Positions 34,629 through 44,466 of a stretch of DNA of 64,000 bases are shown here, piece after piece (the stretch's first letter is position 1; the number at the start of each line of letters is the position of its first letter). Position numbers and translations under genes: made by a program. The notes under the pieces are model-generated. The model did no database searches, was not told the DNA's origin, and saw only the letters and a list, made by a program, of their open reading frames with translations. The DNA comes from an uncultured Dehalococcoides sp. (GTDB taxonomy: Bacteria > Chloroflexota > Dehalococcoidia > UBA2979). The stretch is taken from assembly GCA_964628985.1 (NCBI GenBank), contig CAZVNJ010000003.1, positions 15,977 through 79,976 of the forward strand, in the 5' to 3' direction.

Positions 34629-35558
34629 CTATCGATCAGCCACCAGCACCAGGAAACCGACATAGGCCACGTAGCAGACCAGGAGGATGGCCCCCCGCAT
34701 CCGACCGAGCGTCCAATTGCGCCGCGGGATGAGGAGTGCAGCGGTCAGGGCGCCCGCCGCCACCGCCACCACGATCTCGTCCACCTTCAGCGAGAACGGA
34801 TGGATGATGGCGACCCCGCCCACGATCAGCAGACTATTGAAGATGTTGCTCCCCATCACGGTGCCGACTCCGAGGTCGGCGTGCCCTCGGATGCGCGCGA
34901 TGACCGTCGTGGCCAGCTCGGGCATCGATGTCCCCAGCGCCACCATGGTCGCGCCGACGAGGAAGGGGTCGAGGTGGAAGGTCTCCCCGATCCCCTCGGC
35001 CGCCAGGACGACGAGACGCCCCGCCAGGAGCAGGACGCCGATGCCCCCGACCGTCAGGATCACGGACGCGCGTGGGCCGCTGACTCCGAGGACCTCTGCC
35101 GCCGACTCATGAGAGTGGAAGGCCTGCCGCACTGCCGTGCCGATCCAGACGAAGAACACGGTGAGCAGTACGAGCCCGTCAATGCGGCTCAGCCGCCCGT
35201 CCACGCAGAGGAGCGCCACAAGCAGCGGTGCGCCGATGGTGAACGGCAGGTCTCGCTGGACGTCGCGCCGATCTAGGCGGATCGACCCCAGGGCGAGCAC
35301 GACGCCCATGACGAGCGCGATGTTGACGACGTTGCTCCCGAGGGCATCGCCCACCGAGATCTCGGGTGTCCCTGCGAGTGCCGCGTTGAGCCCGACGGCG
35401 ACTTCAGGCGATGAGGTGGCGAAGGCCGCGATCGTGACACCGATGAGCCCGACGGGCACGCGCAGGTGGGCCCCCAGTCCGATCGATCCGCGCACAAATA
35501 CCTCACCACCGAGAGCGGCCAGCACCATGCCGGCCACGAGGATCGCGAGGTCGTCCAA
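34629..35558 (-). CDS. Ca2+/Na+ antiporter (CaCA/YrbG family) membrane protein
   Basis: Two alpha-repeat regions: GDALGSNVVNIALVMG and GTSMPELATTV...GSNIFNSLLIVG. TTG start at 35558 (an ATG 30 nt in is an alternative). Confidence 0.8.
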   Translation of the reverse strand: MDDLAILVAGMVLAALGGEVFVRGSIGLGAHLRVPVGLIGVTIAAFATSSPEVAVGLNAALAGTPEISVGDALGSNVVNIALVMGVVLALGSIRLDRRDVQRDLPFTIGAPLLVALLCVDGRLSRIDGLVLLTVFFVWIGTAVRQAFHSHESAAEVLGVSGPRASVILTVGGIGVLLLAGRLVVLAAEGIGETFHLDPFLVGATMVALGTSMPELATTVIARIRGHADLGVGTVMGSNIFNSLLIVGGVAIIHPFSLKVDEIVVAVAAGALTAALLIPRRNWTLGRMRGAILLVCYVAYVGFLVLVADR

Positions 35559-35600
35559 GCGTCAGGCCCCCTCGGCGATCGCGGCGGCGGGATGGGATCG

Positions 35601-36746
35601 TTAGCCGCGGGGTAGGCCGAGGCCTCGCGTGGCGATGATGTTGCGCTGGATCTCGGAGGTCCCGGCGGCAATGGTGACCGACACGGTGCGCATGTAGAGG
35701 TCGCAGAACTCGCCACCCATTGCGGCCTGTGGGTTCCCGGGCTTCAGCGCGCCAGCGAGGCCGAGCATGTTGATCCCCCGACGGGCACTCCGCTGCTGCA
35801 ACTCCGAGCCGAACATCTTGGACATACTCGACTCCTGGTTCGGGACCAGGCCGGCGGACTGCATCCATGTGACGCGGTAGCCGAGGAGGCGGGCTACCTC
35901 GACCTCGATGGCAGTATCGGAGACGGCGAGGCGGTGAGCCGCGGTCAGCGTCGCCTTGTTCGCCCGAGCGTGCTTCAGCAGCCGCTCGAATGGGCCGACA
36001 GCAGCGGCCATACGCTGGATGCCGCTCCGCTCGAAGTCGAGGGCCGTCGCGGCGACGTACCAGCCTCGGTTCGGCTCACCGATCACGTTCTCAGCGGGGA
36101 CTCGGACATCCTCGAAGAACGTCTCATTGAACCCTGCGGCGCCGTGCATCTGGACGATCGGCCGGAGCGAGATCCCGGGCGTGGTCATGGGGATCATGAG
36201 GTAGGTGATGCCTCGGTGTTTCGGCGCGTCGGGGTCGCTGCGCGTGAGGACGTGGATCCAGTCGGCATGCTGCGCGCCGCTCGTCCAGATCTTCTGGCCA
36301 TTGAGGACATACTCGTCGCCGTCTCGCACCGCGCGCGTCTGCAGCGAGGCGAGGTCGGAGCCCGCGCCTGGTTCGGAGTAACCCTGGCACCAGACCTCGC
36401 GCGCCTCGGCGATCGCCGTCAGATGTTGCTGCTTCTGTTCCTCGGTGCCGTGGATCATCAGCACGGGACCGACGCGGTCTGCCCCCTGCCCACCAGTGGG
36501 CGCGTTCGCAAACGCCGACTCCTCCGCGAAGATCATCTGCTCCCACGGGGTCGCGGCACCGCCTCCGTACGCCTTCGGCCACGCCATGGTGAGCCAGCCA
36601 TTCGAGGCAAGCGCCCTCTGGTAGGTGCGCGCCCGATCCGGCCGTTCCTCTTCGCCGCCGCTCGCGCCGTCGCCCCACTCACGTTGGATGAACTCGCGCA
36701 CGGTCGCGCGGAAGTTCCGCTGTTCCTCGCCCCAGGCAAAGTCCAT
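35601..36746 (-). CDS. Acyl-CoA dehydrogenase
   Basis: 381 aa. ACAD N-terminal, middle (CQGYSEPGAGSDL) and C-terminal domains. Catalytic region QIHGAAG-like. Confidence 0.9.
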   Translation of the reverse strand: MDFAWGEEQRNFRATVREFIQREWGDGASGGEEERPDRARTYQRALASNGWLTMAWPKAYGGGAATPWEQMIFAEESAFANAPTGGQGADRVGPVLMIHGTEEQKQQHLTAIAEAREVWCQGYSEPGAGSDLASLQTRAVRDGDEYVLNGQKIWTSGAQHADWIHVLTRSDPDAPKHRGITYLMIPMTTPGISLRPIVQMHGAAGFNETFFEDVRVPAENVIGEPNRGWYVAATALDFERSGIQRMAAAVGPFERLLKHARANKATLTAAHRLAVSDTAIEVEVARLLGYRVTWMQSAGLVPNQESSMSKMFGSELQQRSARRGINMLGLAGALKPGNPQAAMGGEFCDLYMRTVSVTIAAGTSEIQRNIIATRGLGLPRG

Positions 36747-36825
36747 CGATGTCCCCTTGAGTAGGTCGCCGCGTGTCGGAGTGGGGCCGATTCTAGCCGC
36801 AGAGCAGTGACATGTGCGCGACCTG

Positions 36826-39216
36826 TTATTCGATGCGTACGCGCCTGAGGCGAAGGCTGTTCGCCATCACGCTCACACTGGAGAACGCCATCGCCCCCGC
36901 AGCCACGATCGGGTTCAGGAACCCGGTGGTCCCGAACACGGGCCGCAGGACGGCCGGCACCGAGGCACCCCCGAGAAGACCCTCGAATATCCAGTAGCCC
37001 GCGCCAGCGGCGACCGGGATCAGCACGACGTTGTACCCGAACGCCCACACGAGGTTCTCCCGCATCACCCGCATCGTGGCGCGGCTCACCTGGATGGCGC
37101 GCGCGACAGCGCCAAGGTCCGCTCGCATTAGTGTGATGGCGGCCGTCTCCATTGCCACGTCCGTACCACCGCCGACCGCGATCCCGACATCCGCCAGGGC
37201 GAGGGCAGGCGCGTCGTTGATCCCATCGCCGACCATCGCCACCACTCGGCCTTCGGCCTTGAGCGCGCGGATCACATCGGCCTTGCCCTCCGGCCGCACG
37301 TCCGCCTCGACGCGGTCGATACCCACCTGGGCCGCCACCGCACGTGCGGTATTCGCCCCATCGCCTGTCAGCATCACAACCGTGACCCCTGTGGCACGGA
37401 GCCGCGCGATCGCCTCCGCGGCGTTGGGGCGCAGCTGGTCTGCAACGGAGATGACGCCTGCCGCCCGGCCGTCAACTGCGACTCGCACCGCCGTCGCGCC
37501 GGCAAGCGTCGCCTGCTCGACAAGCAGGTCGAGGCGCATCCCACCTCGCGTGGTGCCGTTCACGCCCGCCGAGCGCAACAGTTCGGCGTTCCCCACCAGC
37601 ACGCCATGGGTCTCGCCGTCCACAGCAACGGTCGCCTCGATTCCGAGCCCGGGCGCGGCACGGAAGGTCACCGGCCACTCGAGCACCAGACCCTGGCGCT
37701 CTGCCTCGGCGACAATCGCGGCGGCGTACGGGTGCTCGCTGCCGCGCTCCGCGGAGGCGACGAGCCGAAGCAGAGTCGCTTCATCCACCGGCGCTTCGGG
37801 GACGAGTTCGATCTCGGTCACCGAGGGCCGCCCCTCGGTGATCGTGCCGGTCTTGTCGAACACGACCGTGTCGATGCGATGCGCGTCCTCAAGCGCCTGC
37901 GCGTCCCGCACGAGCACACCGGCGCCCGCCGCGCGGCCGAGACCCACCATGATCGCCGTAGGCGTGGCGAGGCCGAGGGCACACGGGCACGCGATGATCA
38001 GCACCGTGACGGCGCTCAGGAGTGCGATCGTGAAGCGCGGCTCTGGCCCCAGCAGCCACCAGCCGGCCAGGGTAAGCGCAGCGATCACAAACACCACCGG
38101 CACGAACACGGCCGCCACTCGGTCCGCGAGGGCCTGCACGGGTGCCTTCGAGGTCTGCGCCTCCTCAACGAGGCGGACGATCCGCGCCAGCGCCGAGTCC
38201 GCACCGACGGCAGTCGCGCGCACGCGTAGCAGCCCCGTCGTATTCATCGTCGCGCCGAAGACGGAGTCCCCGGGCCCCTTGGCCACCGGGAGCGATTCGC
38301 CCGTGAGCATGGACTCGTCGACCGCCGAGGCGCCCTCGACAACCTCGCCGTCTACGGGGAGTTGCTCGCTGGGGCGCACGATGACCATATCGCCGGGCTG
38401 GACCGCACGTACGGGGATCTCGAACTCCTGCCCCCCCTCGATGACACGGGCGGTTTGCGGACGCAACGCGAGGAGGGCGCGGATCGCCTCTGACGTCTGC
38501 CCCTTAGCGCGCGCCTCCAGCCAGCGGCCGAGAAGGACGAAGCCGGTGATCGCCGTGGCGGTGTCGTAGTGCACGTGTCCGCTGAGCCCCGCCACAACCT
38601 GAATACTGCGAGGCGCGAATGTGACCACTGCCGAGTACAGGAACGCCGTCAACGTGCCCACCGCGATCAGGGTGTTCATGTCGCTCGACCCGTGCCGGCC
38701 GACCTTCCAGGCTGCGCGGAGGATGGGCAGCCCGGCCCACGCGATGACCGGGAGAGCGAACAGGAACTGCACCCGGTTCGCCTGGTCCACAGGGATGTCA
38801 TGCACCCAGTGCCAGTCGAACTGGCCCGGCCCGTACGTGTGGATGAGCATCCACGCCATGAGGCCGGCCGCGATCACCAGCGACAGCGCCGCCCGGCGCC
38901 CCAGGTCCGCCGTCTCTCGAGACCGCTCCGCTTCCAGCGTGCCCCGCGCCTGGTCGTCGTCCTCGCCCGCGTCGGGGAGGCGGAGGTGGTACCCGGCACG
39001 GTCGACGGCGGCGCGCAGCGCCTCGAGGTCGACGCCCGCCGGGGCATCGACGGTGGCCTGCTCCGTCGCCAGGTTCACGGACGCGCTCGCGACCCCCTCG
39101 ACGCCAGAGAGGGCGCGCTCGACACGGCGCACGCAGGACGCGCAGGTCATACCGCGGACGCCAAAGCGCAGGCGCTCGGCGCTCGATGCAGTCGGAGCCG
39201 TCGGAGCAGTCGTCAT
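36826..39216 (-). CDS. copA: Copper-translocating P1B-type ATPase
   Basis: N-terminal HMA GMTCASC, CPC in [26 protein letters not shown], about 8 TM helices. Confidence 0.9.
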   Translation of the reverse strand: MTTAPTAPTASSAERLRFGVRGMTCASCVRRVERALSGVEGVASASVNLATEQATVDAPAGVDLEALRAAVDRAGYHLRLPDAGEDDDQARGTLEAERSRETADLGRRAALSLVIAAGLMAWMLIHTYGPGQFDWHWVHDIPVDQANRVQFLFALPVIAWAGLPILRAAWKVGRHGSSDMNTLIAVGTLTAFLYSAVVTFAPRSIQVVAGLSGHVHYDTATAITGFVLLGRWLEARAKGQTSEAIRALLALRPQTARVIEGGQEFEIPVRAVQPGDMVIVRPSEQLPVDGEVVEGASAVDESMLTGESLPVAKGPGDSVFGATMNTTGLLRVRATAVGADSALARIVRLVEEAQTSKAPVQALADRVAAVFVPVVFVIAALTLAGWWLLGPEPRFTIALLSAVTVLIIACPCALGLATPTAIMVGLGRAAGAGVLVRDAQALEDAHRIDTVVFDKTGTITEGRPSVTEIELVPEAPVDEATLLRLVASAERGSEHPYAAAIVAEAERQGLVLEWPVTFRAAPGLGIEATVAVDGETHGVLVGNAELLRSAGVNGTTRGGMRLDLLVEQATLAGATAVRVAVDGRAAGVISVADQLRPNAAEAIARLRATGVTVVMLTGDGANTARAVAAQVGIDRVEADVRPEGKADVIRALKAEGRVVAMVGDGINDAPALALADVGIAVGGGTDVAMETAAITLMRADLGAVARAIQVSRATMRVMRENLVWAFGYNVVLIPVAAGAGYWIFEGLLGGASVPAVLRPVFGTTGFLNPIVAAGAMAFSSVSVMANSLRLRRVRIE

Positions 39217-39222
39217 AGCAAC

Positions 39223-39489
39223 CTACTTGTTAGCGAGCCGGTAGAGCTCGCTGAGTTCGTTCAGGACATCCTCGGTCTCACCTCGCTGCACCGCGTCCAC
39301 GACGCAGTGGTGGAGGTGCCCATCGAGCATCTTCGCCTCCATCTTCTCGATGGCACGGCGGACGGCGAAGGCCTGCTTCATCACGTCCACGCAGTACTGG
39401 CCTTCCTCGATCATCTTGCGGACCCCCTGAAGGTGCCCGTCGATGTAGTTGAGGCGCTTGAGGACGTCGGCCTGGGTCTCGGCATCCAT
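39223..39489 (-). CDS. csoR: CsoR/RcnR-family copper-sensing transcriptional repressor
   Basis: Start at the ATG at 39489 (AGGAGG 5 nt upstream; the track shows a GTG one codon earlier). The Cu(I) ligand pattern C...H...C is present (QYCVDV, HLHHCVV). Confidence 0.8.
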   Translation of the reverse strand: MDAETQADVLKRLNYIDGHLQGVRKMIEEGQYCVDVMKQAFAVRRAIEKMEAKMLDGHLHHCVVDAVQRGETEDVLNELSELYRLANK

Positions 39490-39498
39490 CACAGCCTC

Positions 39499-40053
39499 CT
39501 AGCGGCGTACCGCCATGGCGGCTTCCATCGGCTGCCCCCACGGCATCGTGACGGCCTGCACGTCGATCACCTCGTAGCCGTCGAGGGCGCGCAGGCGCGC
39601 GCCGGCGTCTGGCGCCACCAGGACCTGGTGGTTGCAGCAGGCGTGCGGGTCCTGCTGTGCCCGCCCGCGGTCGTAGTGGAAGACTTCCGTCGTGGAGCCA
39701 CAGGGGCAGGAGTAGACGACGTCTGCCCCTGCCGCGGAGGCCTGGGGGGTGTACGAAGGCCGGAACGCAGGCTTCGGCGCGCTCGCCATGGGCAGCATGG
39801 TCACGTTTGGGCCCGGGGCCATCCCGCCGCCCGTCGGGGCATCTTCCGGCCCGCCGAGGGGGTACCCCTCCTCGGCGAGCGCCGCCGCAACGGCGTCGAG
39901 TGCCGCGCCGGAAGGCACGTCGAGGCGGAATGAGCGCGTGTCCGGGTTGCCCTCGATGAAGCGGACGCCTTCGACGGCTGTCGCCGCGCCCTTGATCGTC
40001 GAGATGCAGTGATCACACGTGATGTCCGGGGCGTACAGGGTGACTTGAGGCAT
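39499..40053 (-). CDS. CopZ-like heavy-metal-associated (HMA) domain fused to a Cys/His-rich C-terminal domain
   Basis: 184 aa from the ATG at 40053 (RBS GAAGGAG). N-terminal MPQVTLYAPDITCDHCISTIKGAATAVEGV is an HMA CxxC fold. The C-terminal region carries SCPCG...H..D...HACCNH. Confidence 0.7.
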   Translation of the reverse strand: MPQVTLYAPDITCDHCISTIKGAATAVEGVRFIEGNPDTRSFRLDVPSGAALDAVAAALAEEGYPLGGPEDAPTGGGMAPGPNVTMLPMASAPKPAFRPSYTPQASAAGADVVYSCPCGSTTEVFHYDRGRAQQDPHACCNHQVLVAPDAGARLRALDGYEVIDVQAVTMPWGQPMEAAMAVRR

Positions 40054-40066
40054 GAGAGGACTCCTT

Positions 40067-40110
40067 CGGGGGTAGTGTACCCCCACCCGGGGGGTATGGG
40101 TAGTGGGTAT
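40067..40110. promoter_or_regulatory. Candidate CsoR operator array (TACCC/GGGTA inverted repeats) in the copZ-csoR-copA promoter region
   Basis: cGGGGGTAgtgTACCCCCacccGGGGGGTAtGGGTAgtGGGTAt. Core inverted repeat TACCCCC-N5-GGGGGTA at 40078-40096, lying 14-57 nt upstream of the copZ start codon. It matches the GC-rich TACCC..GGGTA operator architecture of characterised CsoR regulators. Confidence 0.5.
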
Positions 40111-40170
40111 GGCGGCGAACTCTTGCACCATCTGTCACCATCAATCGACGGGACCGCGACGGGAGCGTTG

Positions 40171-41478
40171 ATGGTTGACGTGCCCAGACGACCCCGGCGG
40201 GAGCGAGGACTCGCCCCCGGACTCCCCGCCTGGGTCTCCTTTTCGTCGTACCGGCGACGGTTGTGGTCCACCGCCGGCGAGCGCTGGTTCTATGCCGACG
40301 GTGTGCTCTCCTCTGCCTCCGAGGCGATCCTCGTCCAGTTCCTGTCGATCTACGCGATCGCCCTCGGAGCCTCAGCGGCACAGGTGGGACTGCTCGCGAT
40401 CGCCAACGGTCTGGCAGGGGTGATGGCCCTCGTCCCCGGGACGGTGCTCGCGGAGCGAGCCCGCCTGCGCAAGTGGGTGGTGATCGGAGGCGGCGGCGGC
40501 ATCGCACGGCTCGCGATCCTCGGCATGGCCGGGGTCCCACTGCTGGTGGACAGCGTCCAACCGACGGTTTACTTGCTCGTCGCCCTCACCTTCATCAAGG
40601 CCCTCGCTGGCGCAGCCTGCCATCCCGCGTGGGTCTCCCTGCTCGCAGAGATCTTCCCGCTCGAACGCCGAGCGTTCTGCGTCTCGCAGCGCATGCTCAG
40701 CCTGACGGTCGCTGCGGCGATCGTCGCGCCGGTCGCAGGGCTGTCAATCCGGTTGATCGGCGGAGTGGCCGGATTCCAGATCGTGTTTCTGGTCGCCTTC
40801 GCGCTTGGGATCGCCTCCACGGCCTGCTACGCGCAGATCAAGGAAGCCGGCCGCGCACCGCGTCATCTTCGGCGTGCCGGCTCGACACGCGCGCTGCTGC
40901 GAGACACGGCCTTCGTCCAGTACCTCAGCGCCACGTTCGTACTCCACACGTCAGCCATGGTCGTGGGGCCGTTCTTCGCCGTGTACCTCGTCCGGGAACT
41001 CCAGGCCCAACCCGGCCAGGTCGGCCTCCTCGCGACCATCGAGGCGGGCGGGGCCGTGCTCGGGCAATTCATACTTGGGTTCATCATTGCCCGGTCTGCC
41101 TCCGCGAAGGTGTTCCGCCGGCTGCTGTTCTCGATGCCGCTGGTCCCGCTGCTCTGGCTCCTCCCTCGCGTGTGGTGGCAGGCCGCGCTGCCGAACGCGG
41201 TCGGGGGCGCCGCATGGGCGGTGCACAACGTCGTGGCGTTCAACCTGCTGATGGAGCATGCGCCTGCGGACAACCTCCCGAGGTACGCCGCGGCGCAGCA
41301 GACGGTGGTCCTCACCGCCTCATTCGTGGGGCCGGCTCTCGGCACATGGGTTGTGGCGAACTACGACATCCGCACAGCCATCGTGGTGTCGGCCGTCGGC
41401 AGGCTCCTCGCAGCGCTCGTCCTCGTGGTGCCCTTCCCTTCGGGCGCACGCGGGGAACCTGCCTCGGCGGGCAGCTAA
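40171..41478 (+). CDS. MFS transporter (divergent from the copper operon)
   Basis: 435 aa from the ATG at 40171 (GGGAG upstream), with about 12 TM helices. I rejected the track's upstream extension. Confidence 0.7.
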   Translation: MVDVPRRPRRERGLAPGLPAWVSFSSYRRRLWSTAGERWFYADGVLSSASEAILVQFLSIYAIALGASAAQVGLLAIANGLAGVMALVPGTVLAERARLRKWVVIGGGGGIARLAILGMAGVPLLVDSVQPTVYLLVALTFIKALAGAACHPAWVSLLAEIFPLERRAFCVSQRMLSLTVAAAIVAPVAGLSIRLIGGVAGFQIVFLVAFALGIASTACYAQIKEAGRAPRHLRRAGSTRALLRDTAFVQYLSATFVLHTSAMVVGPFFAVYLVRELQAQPGQVGLLATIEAGGAVLGQFILGFIIARSASAKVFRRLLFSMPLVPLLWLLPRVWWQAALPNAVGGAAWAVHNVVAFNLLMEHAPADNLPRYAAAQQTVVLTASFVGPALGTWVVANYDIRTAIVVSAVGRLLAALVLVVPFPSGARGEPASAGS

Positions 41479-41558
41479 CGAGATGCCCTGGGCGCGCCGC
41501 CCGGCCCCCTCGCCTACCATCGAGGCATCTCGCGGCGTCTAGTCGACAGAGGCCCTCG

Positions 41559-42224
41559 ATGAACTTCGCGCACGGCGTCTGGCACCCCGGGGCGGACGGC
41601 CCCCTCCCCACCATCGTGGCGTTCCACGGGCACGGCGCGCACGGGCAGGACCTGATGGGACTCGCGCCGTTCCTTGGCGGAGGCCGGTCGCTGCTGCTGT
41701 TCCCGGAGGCGCAGTATCTGCTGCAGCCGGGGATGCTCTCGTACACCTGGTTCAATGCGACCGGCGATCTCCGCCGCACGCCCGAGGAGTTCGAGCGGGT
41801 CGTCGGCCTCGTACTGGAGTTCATCGAGGAAGCCCTGCCGAAGTACGGCGGGGACCCCGGGCGCGTGGCGCTGCTCGGCTTCTCGCAGGGCGGCAGCATC
41901 GCGTACCGGCTGGGGCTCGGCGACCCCAAGCGCTGGCGCGGCGTCGCCGCCCTCTCGACCTGGCTGCCCGAGGAAGCCGAGGCGATCGGCCAGGCCGCGG
42001 GGCCGGACGCGCTGGCCGGCCTCCCTATCCTCATTCAGCACGGCACGCAGGACCCGATGATCGCACTCGACCGCGCCCGTGACTCCAAGACGCGACTCGA
42101 AGCGATTGGAGCAAAGCCGGACTACCGCGAGTACCCCATGGCACACCAGATCGGCAACGAGAGTCTGCGTGACCTCGCCCTCTGGACGCAGCGCGTGCTG
42201 GACGTCACACCGGAGGCGCAGTGA
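41559..42224 (+). CDS. Phospholipase/carboxylesterase family alpha/beta hydrolase
   Basis: 221 aa. VAFHGHGA, nucleophile elbow GFSQGG, and C-terminal His in the YPMAHQI region. Only the C-terminal part of track ORF 40263-42224 is credible. Confidence 0.75.
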   Translation: MNFAHGVWHPGADGPLPTIVAFHGHGAHGQDLMGLAPFLGGGRSLLLFPEAQYLLQPGMLSYTWFNATGDLRRTPEEFERVVGLVLEFIEEALPKYGGDPGRVALLGFSQGGSIAYRLGLGDPKRWRGVAALSTWLPEEAEAIGQAAGPDALAGLPILIQHGTQDPMIALDRARDSKTRLEAIGAKPDYREYPMAHQIGNESLRDLALWTQRVLDVTPEAQ

Positions 42225-42288
42225 TCCGCTAGCATCCGGCAGCCTGGGGATGGGCCTCGACACACGCGAGGACTCGAAGGAGACACCG

Positions 42289-43230
42289 ATGACGACCGCT
42301 TCGCCGTTTGCCAACTACCTCGACGAGATGCGCGCGTGCGCCGAGGCGATCAACCTCACGCCTCGGGAGTTCGTCCAGCCGACGGACCATCACGTGACGC
42401 TCAACGGGATCGACTTCCACTACGTAGACTGGGGCAACGCGCACCTGCCGCCGCTGGTCCTGTTGCACGGCGGGAGCCTCACGGCGCACACGTGGGACAT
42501 GGCCGCCCTGCTCCTGCGCGACGAGTACCACGTGATCGCCCCCGATCAGCGAGGGCACGGTGACACCGGCTGGACCCCGGAGTCGCAGGCCCACGAGGAC
42601 AACGGTGACCTCATGCTGCGCGACACCGAGGCGTTCATCGAGCACCTCGGCTTCCCCCAGGTCATCCTCTGCGGGATGTCGATGGGGGGCATGAACTCGA
42701 TCCGTTACGCGGCACGACATCCGGAGCGGCTCTCCCGGTTGATCATCGTGGACATCGCACCGGTCACGATGCGCGAGGGCCTGATGGAGATGGAAGCCTT
42801 CCGCGTCGAGACCGAGACGATGAGTCGCTTTGAGGACTTCCTGGAGCGCGCCATCAAGTTCAACCCGCAGCGCAAGCCGGCTCACCTGAAGTACAGCCTG
42901 ATGCACTCCCTGAAGCCCACCGCAGACGGGTGGACCTGGAAGCAGGCGCACCGCGAGCGGCCGAATGTGCAGGACGAGGCCGCGATGAAGGCGGCCGCGC
43001 AGAAGCGAGCGGATGCCCTGTGGGCGGACGTGCGGGCGATCACGACGCCGACGCTGCTCATGCGGGGATCGATCTCGAAGATCCTCTCACCGGAGGCGGC
43101 GGCAGAGACGGTGAAGTCGATGAAGGACGCGGAACTGGTCGTCATCGAAGGCGCGGGGCACTCGGTGCAAGGCGACCAACCGGCCGCGTTCGCGCGCGAG
43201 GCAATGGCCTGGTTGAAGCGTCGCGCTTAG
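42289..43230 (+). CDS. Alpha/beta hydrolase fold protein
   Basis: 313 aa from the ATG at 42289 (GAAGGAG upstream). LLHGGSLTAH, nucleophile elbow GMSMGG, catalytic His in GAGHSV. Confidence 0.8.
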   Translation: MTTASPFANYLDEMRACAEAINLTPREFVQPTDHHVTLNGIDFHYVDWGNAHLPPLVLLHGGSLTAHTWDMAALLLRDEYHVIAPDQRGHGDTGWTPESQAHEDNGDLMLRDTEAFIEHLGFPQVILCGMSMGGMNSIRYAARHPERLSRLIIVDIAPVTMREGLMEMEAFRVETETMSRFEDFLERAIKFNPQRKPAHLKYSLMHSLKPTADGWTWKQAHRERPNVQDEAAMKAAAQKRADALWADVRAITTPTLLMRGSISKILSPEAAAETVKSMKDAELVVIEGAGHSVQGDQPAAFAREAMAWLKRRA

Positions 43231-43233
43231 CCG

Positions 43234-44466
43234 CTAGAACCCCTCGGGCATGTGCGGCGCATAGTCGGTCGCGAAGATCGCGTCCGCCTGTCGCACTGCC
43301 GCGGGGTCACCCGTCAGCATCCCAGCCCGTGCAATCCGCGTCGCCGAGCGGAAGCCCGTCAGGAGCGACGCCAGCGCGTTGATGGACAGGTCGAGGTCGG
43401 CGGCGCCGCCCTCGGCTGGTGTCACGCGCGTCTGCCCCCCGTCCGTTTCGAACCGCCAGACGCCGTCGTTCCACGGCGCGAGGTTGTCGTGCACACGCAG
43501 CGTCAGCGCGCCGGCCGCGCTGTACGGGCGGGCTTCGAGGGCGCGGGGGACATCGATGATCCGCACCCACATCGCGTCGCCCGTGAACCGGCGCAACTCG
43601 CGCGGCTCCAGCAGCAGGTCCTGGATCGGATCGTCCGGTTCCACCTTGTCGAATTTCGCCCGGAAGACGAGGTCGTGCGCGCGCACGTACTCCCAGAGTG
43701 CCTTCCGAGCGTCGAGGTCTAGCGCGAAGAGGCCATTGACCTCCATCGTCTGGTTCGGGCCAGGCTCACCGGGGATCCAGTTCTCCTTGTTCCGGTAGGC
43801 CATGTATCCGCGAGCCTGCCCCGAGGCGTCCTCAGCCACGACCACGTGGTAGCGGTCCTTCTTGGCCTCCCACCAGAGGTATTCCCAGCGCCAGGCATCA
43901 CGGACAGGCACCAGGTTGCGGGGCTTCGCCCACTCGTCATAGACACGCTCCGCGACGGCGCGGTCGGCTGTCGAGGCCTGGTCCACCAACCGGACATCAC
44001 CGTCCCAGGTGAAAGGTTCGCGCAGCCCCATAAAGCGTGGGTCGGCGTTGTAGGCCACCGCCTCGGAGCCACGTCCGTAGCCAAAACGCTGGTAGATCGC
44101 GCCCATCGAGGCCCAGAGCATCACCATCGGCTCGGCCCGGTCACGGTGCACCGTCATCGCATGCTGCATCAGGCGGCGCAGGTAGCCGCGACGACGGAAC
44201 TGCGGATAGGTGCCCACCGAGGTGACGCCAGGGATCGAGGTTGGTCGGCCGTTCAGCCGCACCTGCCAGGGAACCCACTCATAGGTCGTGGTCACCTTTC
44301 CGTCGACGAACACGCCGAGTCGACACTCAGCCGGGAGGGGCGTCGGGATCTCGGCATAGGCACGGATGTCCTCGGCCGAAGGCGCGAAGACATAGGACGG
44401 CACCGCGTTGAACGCGGGGATCTCCGCCTCCGTGGCGGTGCGGATCTCAATGAGTCGCTCGGGCAC
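43234..44466 (-). CDS. Eis-like GNAT N-acetyltransferase (GNAT-GNAT-SCP2-like architecture)
   Basis: 410 aa. N-terminal GNAT with QFRRRGY acetyl-CoA motif, and a length and layout like enhanced-intracellular-survival-type acetyltransferases. GTG start overlapping the upstream stop. Confidence 0.7.
   Translation of the reverse strand: MPERLIEIRTATEAEIPAFNAVPSYVFAPSAEDIRAYAEIPTPLPAECRLGVFVDGKVTTTYEWVPWQVRLNGRPTSIPGVTSVGTYPQFRRRGYLRRLMQHAMTVHRDRAEPMVMLWASMGAIYQRFGYGRGSEAVAYNADPRFMGLREPFTWDGDVRLVDQASTADRAVAERVYDEWAKPRNLVPVRDAWRWEYLWWEAKKDRYHVVVAEDASGQARGYMAYRNKENWIPGEPGPNQTMEVNGLFALDLDARKALWEYVRAHDLVFRAKFDKVEPDDPIQDLLLEPRELRRFTGDAMWVRIIDVPRALEARPYSAAGALTLRVHDNLAPWNDGVWRFETDGGQTRVTPAEGGAADLDLSINALASLLTGFRSATRIARAGMLTGDPAAVRQADAIFATDYAPHMPEGF

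Noticed and set aside
40263-41558. Upstream two-thirds of the 653-aa ORF 40263-42224
   Set aside because: It overlaps the MFS transporter in another frame and translates to Arg/Pro-rich sequence. Only the C-terminal 221 aa (from the ATG at 41559) has alpha/beta-hydrolase motifs.
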